Positions 1-8,343 are shown, counted from the stretch's first letter. The stretch is DNA of 60,975 nt from Patescibacteria group bacterium (GCA_020148025.1 JAHCRH010000002.1:1-60975); one strand, 5' to 3'. Made by a program: numbers and translations. Notes: generated by a model from the letters alone, not told the origin.

Positions 1-176
1 AAATTCCTCAAGGCACTGAATCAGGAAAAATTTTACGAATTTCTGGAAAGGGAATCCCTCATTTTTCAGGAAGAGGTCGAGGTAATTTGTATATGGAACT
101 GATTATTAAGACACCAAAGAAATTAACGAAAAAACAAAAAGAACTTTTAGAAAAATTAAGAAGAGAAGGGATGTAA
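1..176 (+). CDS. dnaJ: DnaJ (Hsp40) co-chaperone, C-terminal fragment (5' end outside window)
   Basis: Frame 3 reads IPQGTESGKILRISGKGIPHFSGRGRGNLYMELIIKTPKKLTKKQKELLEKLRREGM*, with stop TAA at 174-176. This is the typical DnaJ C-terminal GxLxVxVxxxTPxxLxxxQxELL pattern. Confidence 0.75.
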   Translation, partial: IPQGTESGKILRISGKGIPHFSGRGRGNLYMELIIKTPKKLTKKQKELLEKLRREGM

Positions 177-179
177 TTT

Positions 180-253
180 GCGCCCATAGCTCAACCAGGT
201 AGAGCAGGATCCTTTTAAGATCAAGGTTGGGGGTTCGATTCCCTCTGGGCGCA
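180..253 (+). tRNA. tRNA-Lys (anticodon UUU)
   Basis: Cloverleaf read by hand: acceptor GCGCCCA/TGGGCGC, D arm GCTC-AACCAGGTA-GAGC, anticodon arm GGATC-CTTTTAA-GATCA, T arm GGGGG-TTCGATT-CCCTC, discriminator A. CCA is not encoded. Confidence 0.9.
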
Positions 254-398
254 CAATCATTCTTATCGAGAACTGTTCTCGGAAGATTTTGGAGAATAAA
301 ACTTGGCGATTTATCAAGGGCGTTTTCGTCTTTTTTTATTAAAAATCCGAAATTAATTTTAAAATGGACTTTTTGTCTAAATTTGCTATAAAATATTA

Positions 399-1586
399 AT
401 GGCTGTGTCCACAAAAAAGAAAATAGTTTTTGTCGTTTTGGGAATACTTTTAATTGGTATAAGTTTTGGCGCTGGTTTTTTAGTTGGGGAATTACAGGTA
501 ATTTGCCCTGTTTGTCCACCTGAAGAAATTGATTTTTCTCTTTTCTGGGAAGTCTGGAAAGTTTTGGAGGAAAAGTTTTTTGAACCTCAAAAACTTGACA
601 TCCAAAAAATGATTGAAGGAGCCATTTCTGGAATGATTAAATCTTTAGAAGACCCTTATACTGTTTTTTTCAATCCTGAAGAGACAAAAGAATTTATTGA
701 AGAAACAAAGGGAATTTTTGAAGGAATTGGGGCGGAAATTGGGATAAAAAAGGGCCAACTTTTAATTATTGCTCCTCTGGAAGGAACACCAGCTGAAAGA
801 GCAGGTCTGCGCTCCGGTGATAAAATTTTAAAAATTGATGACGCTATCACGACTAATTTAACAACTGAAGAAGCAGTTAGTTTAATCAGGGGAGCAAAAG
901 GAACAGAGGTTATTTTGACCATTTCTCGAGAAACTTGGGAAGAATCAAAAGAAATTAAAATTGTTCGAGCGACAATTAAGATTCCTTCTTTGAAATGGGA
1001 ACTAACCGAACAGGATATTGCATATTTAAAAATTTATCAATTTTTTGAGAAGACCGACGATGATTTTAGAAAGTTGGCAATCGAAATTTTGGCAAGTCCC
1101 AGCAAAAAAATAATTTTGGATTTAAGAAACAACCCCGGGGGTTATTTGGAAGTTGCCCAGGAAATTTCCGGTTGGTTTTTGGAAAGAGGAGATGTGGTAG
1201 CAATTGAAGATTTTGGTCTGGGAAAAGAGCAGAAGATTTATAAAGTCCAGGGAAATGAAAAATTTTTAGATTACCCAATGGTTATTTTAATTAATCAGGG
1301 ATCTGCCTCGGCATCGGAAATTTTAGCCGGCGCTTTAAGAGATAATCGCAAGATTCTAATAATTGGTGAAACCTCGTTTGGTAAAGGTTGTATTCAGGAA
1401 TTAGATGAATTGAGGGGAGGTTCCAGTTTAAAAATTACTGTTGCTAAATGGCTAACTCCAAAAGGAGAACTCATTACCGATAAGGGGCTTGAACCCGATA
1501 TTAAGGTTGAAATGACCGAAGAAGATTATGAAGAGGATCGGGATCCGCAACTCGAAGAAGCAATAAAAATAATTGAGAAATTATGA
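399..1586 (+). CDS. ctpA: S41 carboxy-terminal processing peptidase (PDZ domain, N-terminal membrane anchor)
   Basis: Motifs AERAGLRSGDKILKIDD (PDZ), LDLRNNPGGYL and LINQGSASASEILAGALRD. TGcTATAAA (384-392) ends 6 nt before the ATG, suggesting a leaderless transcript. Confidence 0.9.
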   Translation: MAVSTKKKIVFVVLGILLIGISFGAGFLVGELQVICPVCPPEEIDFSLFWEVWKVLEEKFFEPQKLDIQKMIEGAISGMIKSLEDPYTVFFNPEETKEFIEETKGIFEGIGAEIGIKKGQLLIIAPLEGTPAERAGLRSGDKILKIDDAITTNLTTEEAVSLIRGAKGTEVILTISRETWEESKEIKIVRATIKIPSLKWELTEQDIAYLKIYQFFEKTDDDFRKLAIEILASPSKKIILDLRNNPGGYLEVAQEISGWFLERGDVVAIEDFGLGKEQKIYKVQGNEKFLDYPMVILINQGSASASEILAGALRDNRKILIIGETSFGKGCIQELDELRGGSSLKITVAKWLTPKGELITDKGLEPDIKVEMTEEDYEEDRDPQLEEAIKIIEKL

Positions 1587-1778
1587 GGATCACGATTCTA
1601 GAAAGGGGGTCGGGGAAACTGGGTGTTTCCCCGTGGCGGAAATATTAAAACCGAGGGGTTTTAAGGAGCGGAGCGAAGCGAGCCCGAAGGGCGAGCGCTC
1701 GAACGAAGTGAGAGGGAGCGGAGCGACGATCGGGATCCGCAATTGGACAAAGCGATTGAAATAATACAAAAATTATAG
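1587..1778 (+). other. GC-rich mini-insert plus a second, diverged copy of the ctpA 3' end
   Basis: 1728-1778 encodes DRDPQLDKAIEIIQKL*, in frame and 192 nt downstream of 1536-1586 (DRDPQLEEAIKIIEKL*). A 15-nt identical core GATCGGGATCCGCAA is shared. There is a perfect 9-bp hairpin at 1611-1633 and GGAGCGGAGCGA direct repeats. Confidence 0.6.
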
Positions 1779-1817
1779 TAAAAATGCTATAATGAATTAA
1801 GGTTTTAACGTGGAGTT

Positions 1818-2264
1818 ATGCGGGTAATACTTTTACAAAACATAGATAAGCTTGGGAAGAAATATGAAGTTAAAGAAGTAAAAAATGGCTATGCCAGAAA
1901 TTTTTTGATTCCCAAGGGTTTGGCAAAACCAGCGACTAAGAAGGCGTTGAAATGGCTTAAGAACCAGAAAGAGATTAGGGCAAGAAAGGATGAAGAGGAA
2001 CTAAAGGAGATTCAGAGTTTTGCCTCCAGCGTCGATGGATTAGAACTAGTGATTCCGGTTAAGATTGGGGAAAAAGAGCAACTTTTTGAATCAATAACTT
2101 CTCAAAAAATTTTAGAGAAATTAAAAGAACGAGGCCTTGAGATTAAAAGAGCTCAAATTGATTTACCAGAGCCAATTAAAGAACTTGGCGAATTCCCGGT
2201 GAAAATTCATTTTGAACATAATTTAGAAGCCGAAATAAAAGTAATAATTACTGAGGAGAAATAA
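1818..2264 (+). CDS. rplI: 50S ribosomal protein L9
   Basis: N-terminus MRVILLQNIDKLGKKYEVKEVKNGYARNFLIPKGLA is the L9 signature. TGcTATAAT lies upstream (1784-1792) and a GGAG SD is present. Confidence 0.9.
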   Translation: MRVILLQNIDKLGKKYEVKEVKNGYARNFLIPKGLAKPATKKALKWLKNQKEIRARKDEEELKEIQSFASSVDGLELVIPVKIGEKEQLFESITSQKILEKLKERGLEIKRAQIDLPEPIKELGEFPVKIHFEHNLEAEIKVIITEEK

Positions 2265-2271
2265 TTGGCTT

Positions 2272-3900
2272 ATGGCGCGCTATATTTTTGTTGCCGGCGG
2301 TGTAATGTCCGGTATCGGCAAAGGGGTGGCTACTGCTTCAATTGGAAGGATTTTGCAGAGCAAGGGTTTTAAAGTAACCGCTACTAAAATTGACCCCTAT
2401 ATTAATGTCGATGCTGGAACTATGAACCCTATTGAACATGGGGAAATTTTCGTGACCAAAGATGGTGTAGAATGTGATCAAGATATGGGGAATTACGAAA
2501 GATTTTTAGATGAGAATTTGACTACCGATAATTATATTACCACCGGTCGAGTTTATCAGGCGGTGATCAATCGGGAAAGAAATTTAGAATACCGGGGTCG
2601 ATGTGTTGAGGTAGTGCCTGATATTCCAAATGAAGTAATTTCTCGAATTAAAAAAGCAGCCAGAAAAACTAAGGCTGATTTTGTTTTAATTGAAATTGGG
2701 GGAACAGTTGGTGAGTATCAAAACATGCTTTTCTTGGAGGCAGCCAGAATGATGAAGCTCCAAAGGCCAAAAGATGTTCTTTTTATTTTGGTTTCTTATT
2801 TACCAATTCCCGAAATGATTGGAGAAATGAAAACCAAGCCCACCCAGAATGCAGTCAGACTTTTAAATGATGCTGGAATTCAGCCTGATATTATTTTAGG
2901 AAGATCTAAAGTTCCCCTAGATGAGCCGAGGAAAAGAAAAATCTCAATTTTTTGTAATGTGCTTAAAGAAGATATAATTTCCGCTCCTGATGTTCAATCA
3001 ATTTATGAGGTTCCAATCAACTTCGAAAAAGAAAATTTAGGGAATCGAGTTTTAAAGAAATTTGACTTAAGACCAAGAAAAAGTAATTTAAAAGATTGGA
3101 AAGCTTTGGTCAGAATAATAAAAACTGCTAAAAAAATAGTTAAAGTTGGAATGGTCGGAAAATACTTCAAAACCGGAAAGTTCACTTTAATGGATTCCTA
3201 TATTTCAATAATTGAGGCAATAAAGCACGCCAGTTGGTTTCATAAAAGAATACCTGAGATTCATTGGTTATCTGCAGAAAAATATGAAAGAGATCCCAAG
3301 AAGCTCCAGGAATTAAAAAAATATGATGGGATAATCGTTCCCGGTGGTTTCGGGAGAAGGGGAGTGGAAGGAAAGATAAAAGCAATTGAATATTGTCGAA
3401 AGAAAAAAATCCCATTTTTGGGATTATGTTTGGGGATGCAGTTAGCAGTAGTTGAATTTGCCAGAAATGTCTGCGGTCTAAAAAACGCTAATTCAACTGA
3501 ATTCAAACCAGCGAGAACTCTTCTCGATGCTAATGTAATTGATGTGATGCCGGAGCAGAAGGCTCTTTTGAAAGAGAAAAAATATGGTGGGACAATGAGA
3601 CTGGGAGAGTATAAATGTGAATTAAAACGAGATACTTTAAGCTGGAAGTCATATGGTAAAAAAAATTATATTTTTGAAAGACATCGCCACCGCTATGAGT
3701 TAAATAATCAATTTAGAGAAATTTTAGAGAGAAAAGGATTGCAAATGGCGGGCCTAAATCCAGAAAGAGATTTAGTAGAAATCATTGAGTTGAAAAATCA
3801 TCCTTTTTTTGTGGCAACCCAATTTCATCCAGAATTTAAATCAGGGCCATTAAAACCTCACCCCTTGTTTAGAGAATTTATCAAAGCTTGTATAAAATGA
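2272..3900 (+). CDS. pyrG: CTP synthase
   Basis: YIFVAGGVMSGIGKG N-terminus; glutamine amidotransferase half with GLCLGMQ and the HRHRYE motif. Confidence 0.95.
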   Translation: MARYIFVAGGVMSGIGKGVATASIGRILQSKGFKVTATKIDPYINVDAGTMNPIEHGEIFVTKDGVECDQDMGNYERFLDENLTTDNYITTGRVYQAVINRERNLEYRGRCVEVVPDIPNEVISRIKKAARKTKADFVLIEIGGTVGEYQNMLFLEAARMMKLQRPKDVLFILVSYLPIPEMIGEMKTKPTQNAVRLLNDAGIQPDIILGRSKVPLDEPRKRKISIFCNVLKEDIISAPDVQSIYEVPINFEKENLGNRVLKKFDLRPRKSNLKDWKALVRIIKTAKKIVKVGMVGKYFKTGKFTLMDSYISIIEAIKHASWFHKRIPEIHWLSAEKYERDPKKLQELKKYDGIIVPGGFGRRGVEGKIKAIEYCRKKKIPFLGLCLGMQLAVVEFARNVCGLKNANSTEFKPARTLLDANVIDVMPEQKALLKEKKYGGTMRLGEYKCELKRDTLSWKSYGKKNYIFERHRHRYELNNQFREILERKGLQMAGLNPERDLVEIIELKNHPFFVATQFHPEFKSGPLKPHPLFREFIKACIK

Positions 3901-3947
3901 AAACCGTAGAGTTACGGTTCGAAATAACTATCTTTACTTATTAGGAT

Positions 3948-4220
3948 TTATTTCACATTAACAACCTTAACAGTTCGGCGAGAACGGTCAAATCTTATCT
4001 TCCTTTTTGTTCCAAATTCAACAAGCCCCTCTTTTATGGCATAAAGGGTATCATCTTTTCCTCTTCTGACATTTTTTCCGGGAAGGAATTTAGTTCCTCG
4101 CTGACGGATAATTATCATTCCTGGTTTGACTTTCTGTCCCTCAAAAATTTTAACTCCCAAATATTTAGGTTGTGAATCCCTTCCCAGCCTGGTAGCAGCT
4201 TTAGCTTTAGTTTTTGCCAT
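3948..4220 (-). CDS. rpmA: 50S ribosomal protein L27
   Basis: [45 protein letters not shown] matches the L27 core. The tracked ORF (to 4304) has an unconserved N-terminal extension, so I chose the internal ATG at 4218-4220. Confidence 0.88.
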   Translation of the reverse strand: MAKTKAKAATRLGRDSQPKYLGVKIFEGQKVKPGMIIIRQRGTKFLPGKNVRRGKDDTLYAIKEGLVEFGTKRKIRFDRSRRTVKVVNVK

Positions 4221-4275
4221 ATTTGCGAAGCAAATATGGCAACCCCGTATTAATGGGGTGCCATACCTAATACCT

Positions 4276-4395
4276 ATGTTATCAAAACTTAAACAGTTTG
4301 TCAAAGAGCATCAAAGTGATACAATATTGCTAATAGGAGTTATTTTAATTTCCTTACTTTCTTTTGCTATGGGTTACATTGTTGCCAAGCAATAA
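4276..4395 (+). CDS. Possible 39-aa single-pass membrane peptide
   Basis: [39 protein letters not shown]. One clear hydrophobic helix but no SD. It overlaps the region upstream of rpmA. Confidence 0.25.
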   Translation: MLSKLKQFVKEHQSDTILLIGVILISLLSFAMGYIVAKQ

Positions 4396-4560
4396 GAAAA
4401 AGAACCGATTCTCATTGAATACCAGTGGACCCCTTTCTTTGCAAGACTACAACCTACCCTCCCATCTTCCCAGGCTTCGCTTGGGCCCCTGGTGTCCAAG
4501 CGCCAAAGAACACCAGGGTGTAAAATGTCTCGGGACCTTATAACCCGTAGAAATTTTACT
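4396..4560. other. GC-enriched structured intergenic segment (candidate ncRNA or long rpmA leader)
   Basis: 9-bp stem CCCTGGTGT...ACACCAGGG (about 4489-4520). Hairpins CCCAGGC-TTC-GCTTGGG and CGGG...CCCG. A minus-strand TATAAT lies at about 4560-4565, diverging from uppS. Confidence 0.25.
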
Positions 4561-4568
4561 GATTATAT

Positions 4569-5306
4569 ATGAAAAGAAAGAAAAAATTTAAAAAAGTTCC
4601 ATATCATTTAGTTTTATTCCCTGATGGTAATCGTCGTTGGGCCCGGAAAAGAGGATTACCAGCTCTAGAGGGTCATTCAGCAGGCCGTCGAAATTTTGAA
4701 AGGATTCTTACTCACTGTCAGAAAAGAGGAGTGAAGGTTTTAACTGTCTTTGGGTTTTCAACCGAAAATTGGAAAAGATCAAAAGAAGAGGTAAACTTTT
4801 TAATGAAATTGTTTGAGAGGCATTTATCAAATAAAGAAAGTATAAAAAGACTTCTTAAAGAAAAAGTAAAAGTGAAAATAATCGGCCAGAAAGAAAGATT
4901 ATCAAAATCTCTACAGAAAGTGATTAAAAAAATAGAGAATTTAACCAAGAATAATAAAAAATTCCAGTTAAATTTGGCTGTAAGTTATGGTGGCAGATGG
5001 GATATTTTACAGGCTGTTCAAAGGATTGTTAGGAAGAAAATTCCAGTTAAGAAAATTACTGAAAAACTAATAGAAAAATATCTTACAACTGCTGGTCTTC
5101 CAGCTCCTGACTTGGTCATTCGGGCTGGGGGAGAAAAAAGATTATCTAATTTTGTACTTTGGCAAACAGCCTATTCTGAGCTCTATTTTTCTGAAAAACT
5201 CTGGCCAGATTTTACTGAAAGAGATTTAGATAGAGCCCTTGAAGAATATGCTCGGCGGGAAAGAAGATTTGGCGGAAAGAAAATTAAAAAATATTTAAAA
5301 TCTTAA
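4569..5306 (+). CDS. uppS: Undecaprenyl-diphosphate synthase (cis-isoprenyl transferase)
   Basis: FPDGNRRWARKRGL, FSTENWKR, RAGGEKRLSNFVLWQTAYSELYF. Confidence 0.92.
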   Translation: MKRKKKFKKVPYHLVLFPDGNRRWARKRGLPALEGHSAGRRNFERILTHCQKRGVKVLTVFGFSTENWKRSKEEVNFLMKLFERHLSNKESIKRLLKEKVKVKIIGQKERLSKSLQKVIKKIENLTKNNKKFQLNLAVSYGGRWDILQAVQRIVRKKIPVKKITEKLIEKYLTTAGLPAPDLVIRAGGEKRLSNFVLWQTAYSELYFSEKLWPDFTERDLDRALEEYARRERRFGGKKIKKYLKS

Positions 5307-5319
5307 TTTTTAAAAAAAT

Positions 5320-5475
5320 ATGACAGAGGAAATTCGAGATCAAATTTCTGAAATAAAAAGAGAGGTGGAAAGAATTCGAAATATGCTTTATGACATAAAA
5401 GAGCTTATTGGGATCTTAAGTAGTGATATCAGAAATTTAAAACATAATATCGAAGAACTGAAAAGGAAAAAATAA
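5320..5475 (+). CDS. Hypothetical 51-aa coiled-coil peptide
   Basis: ATG at 5320 to TAA at 5473-5475: MTEEIRDQISEIKREVERIRNMLYDIKELIGILSSDIRNLKHNIEELKRKK. Below the ORF-track cutoff; heptad-like charge pattern. Confidence 0.35.
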   Translation: MTEEIRDQISEIKREVERIRNMLYDIKELIGILSSDIRNLKHNIEELKRKK

Positions 5476-5482
5476 AAAAATA

Positions 5483-5644
5483 ATGAATACTTTATATACA
5501 GGTTTTATTATAGTTGCGGCAATTGTCTTCTTAGTTAGTTTGATTGAATATTTAACCGGTGCTGAACGTGAGGGCTTGAAATTTTTTATTTTTGTTATAG
5601 TTGCATTTCTTATATTTTCTTTTATTGCCTCTTCAATTCAATAA
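5483..5644 (+). CDS. Hypothetical 53-aa two-helix membrane peptide
   Basis: MNTLYTGFIIVAAIVFLVSLIEYLTGAEREGLKFFIFVIVAFLIFSFIASSIQ. It is followed immediately by a tandem terminator. Confidence 0.35.
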   Translation: MNTLYTGFIIVAAIVFLVSLIEYLTGAEREGLKFFIFVIVAFLIFSFIASSIQ

Positions 5645-5710
5645 TCTATCGACTTACGAAGTCGATAGATCTTCACCACCGCCCGAGAGTTTTTCTCGGG
5701 GTTTTGTTTT
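5644..5710 (+). terminator. Tandem rho-independent terminators
   Basis: 11-bp stem ATCTATCGACT/AGTCGATAGAT (5644-5670), then CCCGAGA-GTTTT-TCTCGGG followed by a T-run (5682-5710). Confidence 0.7.
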
Positions 5711-5726
5711 GATATAATAAAAGAAT

Positions 5727-5960
5727 ATGAAGACCAAAAAAGAAAGAATTCATGGGTTCTGGCTGAAGTTTGACGAGGAGTTGAGAGAAGGAGTGCGGTA
5801 TCTCCGCGATGATTTGCAATACAGGGAGGCAAAGACACTTTTTGATGCAGCCCGCTTACAAGGCACTGCAGAATTCGAGGATGATTACGATCGGGACTGG
5901 ACCCTGACTTATAATCGCGGAGAGGGCACCTACACTTTAGTTCGCCGCCAACGAGAATAA
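5727..5960 (+). CDS. Hypothetical protein (77 aa)
   Basis: ORF with locally higher GC, followed by a B-family hairpin GCCCATCACTGGGC (5983-5996) oriented with the gene. Confidence 0.5.
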   Translation: MKTKKERIHGFWLKFDEELREGVRYLRDDLQYREAKTLFDAARLQGTAEFEDDYDRDWTLTYNRGEGTYTLVRRQRE

Positions 5961-6111
5961 GTTAGTCAACCAAACAAGAAAGCCCATCACTGGGCCCCGC
6001 ACCGTACGGTGCAGGGCTGGGCAATTTTTATTAGTAATATCAAATAGTAAGGAAGGGTAAGGGCAGTCATTAGTAAAATCCCTTTAATATTGTGCGATAC
6101 TTATTAGATAC

Positions 6112-6140
6112 TTGACAAGGGTTCTGGTCAGGAAGATAAT
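6112..6140 (+). promoter_or_regulatory. Consensus sigma-70-type promoter (TTGACA-17-GATAAT)
   Basis: TTGACA at 6112-6117, 17-nt spacer, GATAAT at 6135-6140. An M motif AATATTGTGCGATAC at 6086-6100 lies 11 nt upstream of the -35 box. Confidence 0.65.
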
Positions 6141-6146
6141 AGAAAG

Positions 6147-6325
6147 TGAGAGTTGTTCCTTGGGCAACTAAATCACCAATTATTGTCCTGAATGGACAGG
6201 AAATTTGAGAGCTGTTCCCAGAAAAACTCTCCCCCATTTTTTTATAAATGGGAAATAGCACCTTAACAAAATTCAGTCATCCTTACGAAAGGCACACTTC
6301 AATAAACGTGTGCCTCCCTTTTTTT
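6147..6325 (+). ncRNA. Candidate structured non-coding RNA, copy 1 (about 180 nt)
   Basis: It starts about 7 nt after the -10 box. Arms 6148-6168 and 6211-6231 are complementary (GAGAGTT...AACTCTC) around a 42-nt apical region. It shares a conserved 3' tail ATAGCACCTTAACAAAA..CAGTCATC..TTACGAAA and a terminator GGCACAC/GTGTGCC + T7 (6291-6325). No plausible ORF on this strand. Confidence 0.45.
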
Positions 6326-6438
6326 ATTTTTTCTTATATCCAAGAGCTCAGGAGCCTGTTTTGGGGAGGGTGGTTGGGAGTTGACAAATTTTAGAATTAT
6401 TGTAAAAATATAAATAAGTTAGCTTTTTAAAAATATGT

Positions 6439-7527
6439 ATGGAGGCGAGAATGGAGATGAAAGAGAACGATAAGATTCTATATTCTCTCAATGATTACGT
6501 AGCTCAACTCTTCAGTAAAGTACTGTACGCTACTAAGAATTCAAGAAGAAGATTAATTCTGGAAGCTTTTAATGAACATAAGACAAGAACTGAGGAGGAT
6601 ATCCAGCAATATCTTAAGAGGAAAGGCGTTATTAAAGATACTAGAGGGTACAGTAAAGGTAAGCTCAGAAAAAATCATTTAATTCCATTGGTAGAAGCCA
6701 AGATACTCGAAGAAGGAGAGGATCACTTATTTGAAATCACCTCATTTGGAAAAGAGATAAAACAAATAATTGGCAGAGTCAAAGAACTTGGCACCTTGAC
6801 CATATCTCCCCAACAAACGCTATATCCAGAGCGTGTTTTACTGAAATTACGAAAAGGAAGTAAGAGATATAGCAAACTCAAATCAAAAATATATATCTCG
6901 ACTTTCGAGAAAATCATACAAAAATTGGTAAACAGGGGCCTTGTTAGGGTGAATCATCCCTGTGGTTCGCCCCACATTCATTCACTCTCCCATTTCACTA
7001 CTTCTTCCTACTATCCATTTATCCAAAGCGTTAAGACTTACCCAGAAAGGACCGGCAGATCATGGTTTACAGAATATTCAATAACCCACTATTTAGCACA
7101 GGAATGGAAAGAAAAAGTTGGCAGACCCATAGATATAGATGAGATACGTGAACTCTTGAAAAAAGGCGTAGAAGTAGGCGATATCGTAAAAACCGATGGG
7201 AGCTACAAACCATCATCTATTAGTGATCCGCTTGAAAGCTTAAAAACGCCAGGTAGGAAAGTTTTTAATTCAATCAAGGAAGGCTACGATACTGTTCGAG
7301 AGATAAAAGATAAAAGTGGATTGTCTTTTGCATCAACCTACAAGATTCTATCGAGGTTGAAAGAAAAAAATTTAATCGAAGAGCACAAAGAGTATGTCAC
7401 AATTGAGTTAACAGAGAAGGGGAGAAAGCTTGCTGATTGCTTATTTCAAATAAAAGAATGCGTGATAAATTTTGTGTATACCCACAAGGCAGAATTTCAA
7501 GAAAGAGTTGAGGTTGAAAGCGAGTGA
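6439..7527 (+). CDS. Multi winged-helix (MarR/ArsR/TrmB-like) DNA-binding protein
   Basis: C-terminal TVREIKDKSGLSFASTYKILSRLKEKNLIEEHKEYVTIELTEKGRKLA is a classic wHTH, and two further wH-like segments lie upstream. SD GGAGG at 6441-6445 favours a start at ATG 6451. Confidence 0.55.
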   Translation: MEARMEMKENDKILYSLNDYVAQLFSKVLYATKNSRRRLILEAFNEHKTRTEEDIQQYLKRKGVIKDTRGYSKGKLRKNHLIPLVEAKILEEGEDHLFEITSFGKEIKQIIGRVKELGTLTISPQQTLYPERVLLKLRKGSKRYSKLKSKIYISTFEKIIQKLVNRGLVRVNHPCGSPHIHSLSHFTTSSYYPFIQSVKTYPERTGRSWFTEYSITHYLAQEWKEKVGRPIDIDEIRELLKKGVEVGDIVKTDGSYKPSSISDPLESLKTPGRKVFNSIKEGYDTVREIKDKSGLSFASTYKILSRLKEKNLIEEHKEYVTIELTEKGRKLADCLFQIKECVINFVYTHKAEFQERVEVESE

Positions 7528-7549
7528 AAATAAAGCAATTTGCTAATAA

Positions 7550-7581
7550 CCCACCAAACTTTTAGTTTAGTGGGTTTTTTT
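7550..7581 (+). terminator. Rho-independent terminator
   Basis: CCCACCAAAC / GTTTAGTGGG stem followed by T7. Confidence 0.7.
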
Positions 7582-7621
7582 ATTACAGCCCCGTTAATAT
7601 TGTGCGACATTTATTAGATAC

Positions 7622-7650
7622 TTGACAAGGGTTCTGGTTAGGATAATAAT
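7622..7650 (+). promoter_or_regulatory. Sigma-70-type promoter, paralogue of 6112-6140
   Basis: TTGACA at 7622-7627 and TAATAAT at about 7644-7650. M motif AATATTGTGCGACAT at 7596-7610. The block 7593-7656 is about 90 percent identical to 6083-6146. Confidence 0.6.
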
Positions 7651-7656
7651 AGAACT

Positions 7657-7875
7657 AGAGGGTTTCTTTGGGACAATAAGCTACCCTGGCCGGATGCGAA
7701 CCTCGAGATTGGCCTTATAGAGTAGAGGGTAGGAAAGAGGAAGGGGGATAAAGGAGAGTGTTCCCAAAGAAACTCTCTAATAGACGAGGATATAGCTCAT
7801 TATATAGCACCTTAACAAAATCAGTCATCATTACGAAAGGCACACCTCTGAATAAACGTGTGCCTCTCTTTTTTT
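7657..7875 (+). ncRNA. Candidate structured non-coding RNA, copy 2 (about 220 nt)
   Basis: Arms 7657-7675 (AGAGGGTTTCTTTGGGACA) and 7759-7778 (TGTTCCCAAAGAAACTCTCT) form a roughly 19-bp stem around an 83-nt variable insert that has its own CTACCCT/AGGGTAG stem. Same conserved 3' tail and GGCACAC/GTGTGCC terminator (7839-7875) as copy 1. Confidence 0.45.
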
Positions 7876-7989
7876 ATCTCATTTTTTTTGCGTCCGAGAG
7901 TTTTCTTAGAATCTTGTTTATTCTTGACAATTTTTATAAAAATATATAACATTGAATTAGAATTTAGTAAAAAAGGAGGGGATTAAAAA

Positions 7990-8343
7990 GTGGAAGGGAT
8001 AGCACAGAAAAAGGAAGAACTTTTATCTTCACTGAAACACAAGGTTGACCATTTGAAAGAGATGAAAGCTGAAAATCTTATCGATCACGTTGCTCACGAA
8101 GTACTTTATTTGGGTTTCATGGAATGGCTAAGGATTCTATTCAGTGCATTTCCTGGGTTCGAATGGCAAGGAAAAAAGGAAGCAATGGGTTTGGCCTTTG
8201 TACCGTATAAAAGATTTCTTTTTGACAGGTTCTTTATTGGGATAACTGAAAGAGTTCTTGATGGTTTCGGTGAAAAAGATAGAGAAAGACTGAGAGAAGG
8301 CGGTTGGCAGAAGTATCTTAATGCATATCGTGGTCTAGATTAA
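7990..8343 (+). CDS. Hypothetical protein (117 aa, GTG start)
   Basis: Strong SD AAGGAGGGG 8 nt upstream of the GTG. TTGACA-17-TAACAT lies upstream. No recognisable motif. Confidence 0.55.
   Translation: MEGIAQKKEELLSSLKHKVDHLKEMKAENLIDHVAHEVLYLGFMEWLRILFSAFPGFEWQGKKEAMGLAFVPYKRFLFDRFFIGITERVLDGFGEKDRERLREGGWQKYLNAYRGLD

Noticed and set aside
106-519. 137-aa minus-strand ORF spanning tRNA-Lys and the ctpA start.
   Set aside because: It overlaps a well-formed tRNA and the N-terminus of a strongly supported gene. It has low-complexity translation and no SD.
1573-1764. 63-aa ORF across the GC-rich insert after ctpA.
   Set aside because: The translation is a by-product of GC-rich repeats (RSEASPKGERSNEVRGSGA). 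It has no start context. The region is better explained as a non-coding insert plus a duplicated ctpA end.
4396-4560. Specific identity as SRP RNA, RNase P RNA or tmRNA.
   Set aside because: The diagnostic motifs are absent or only vaguely approximated on either strand. These motifs are GGAA/AGCA helix-8 loops for SRP, GAGGAAAGUCC for RNase P, and a tRNA-like end for tmRNA.
6070-6261. 63-aa antisense ORF over RNA module 1, and the 63-aa ORF at 7758-7949 over RNA module 2.
   Set aside because: The first runs antisense through a promoter. The second reads through a strong terminator and the next promoter. The two modules are not conserved at protein level although they are about 90 percent conserved in their non-coding flanks.
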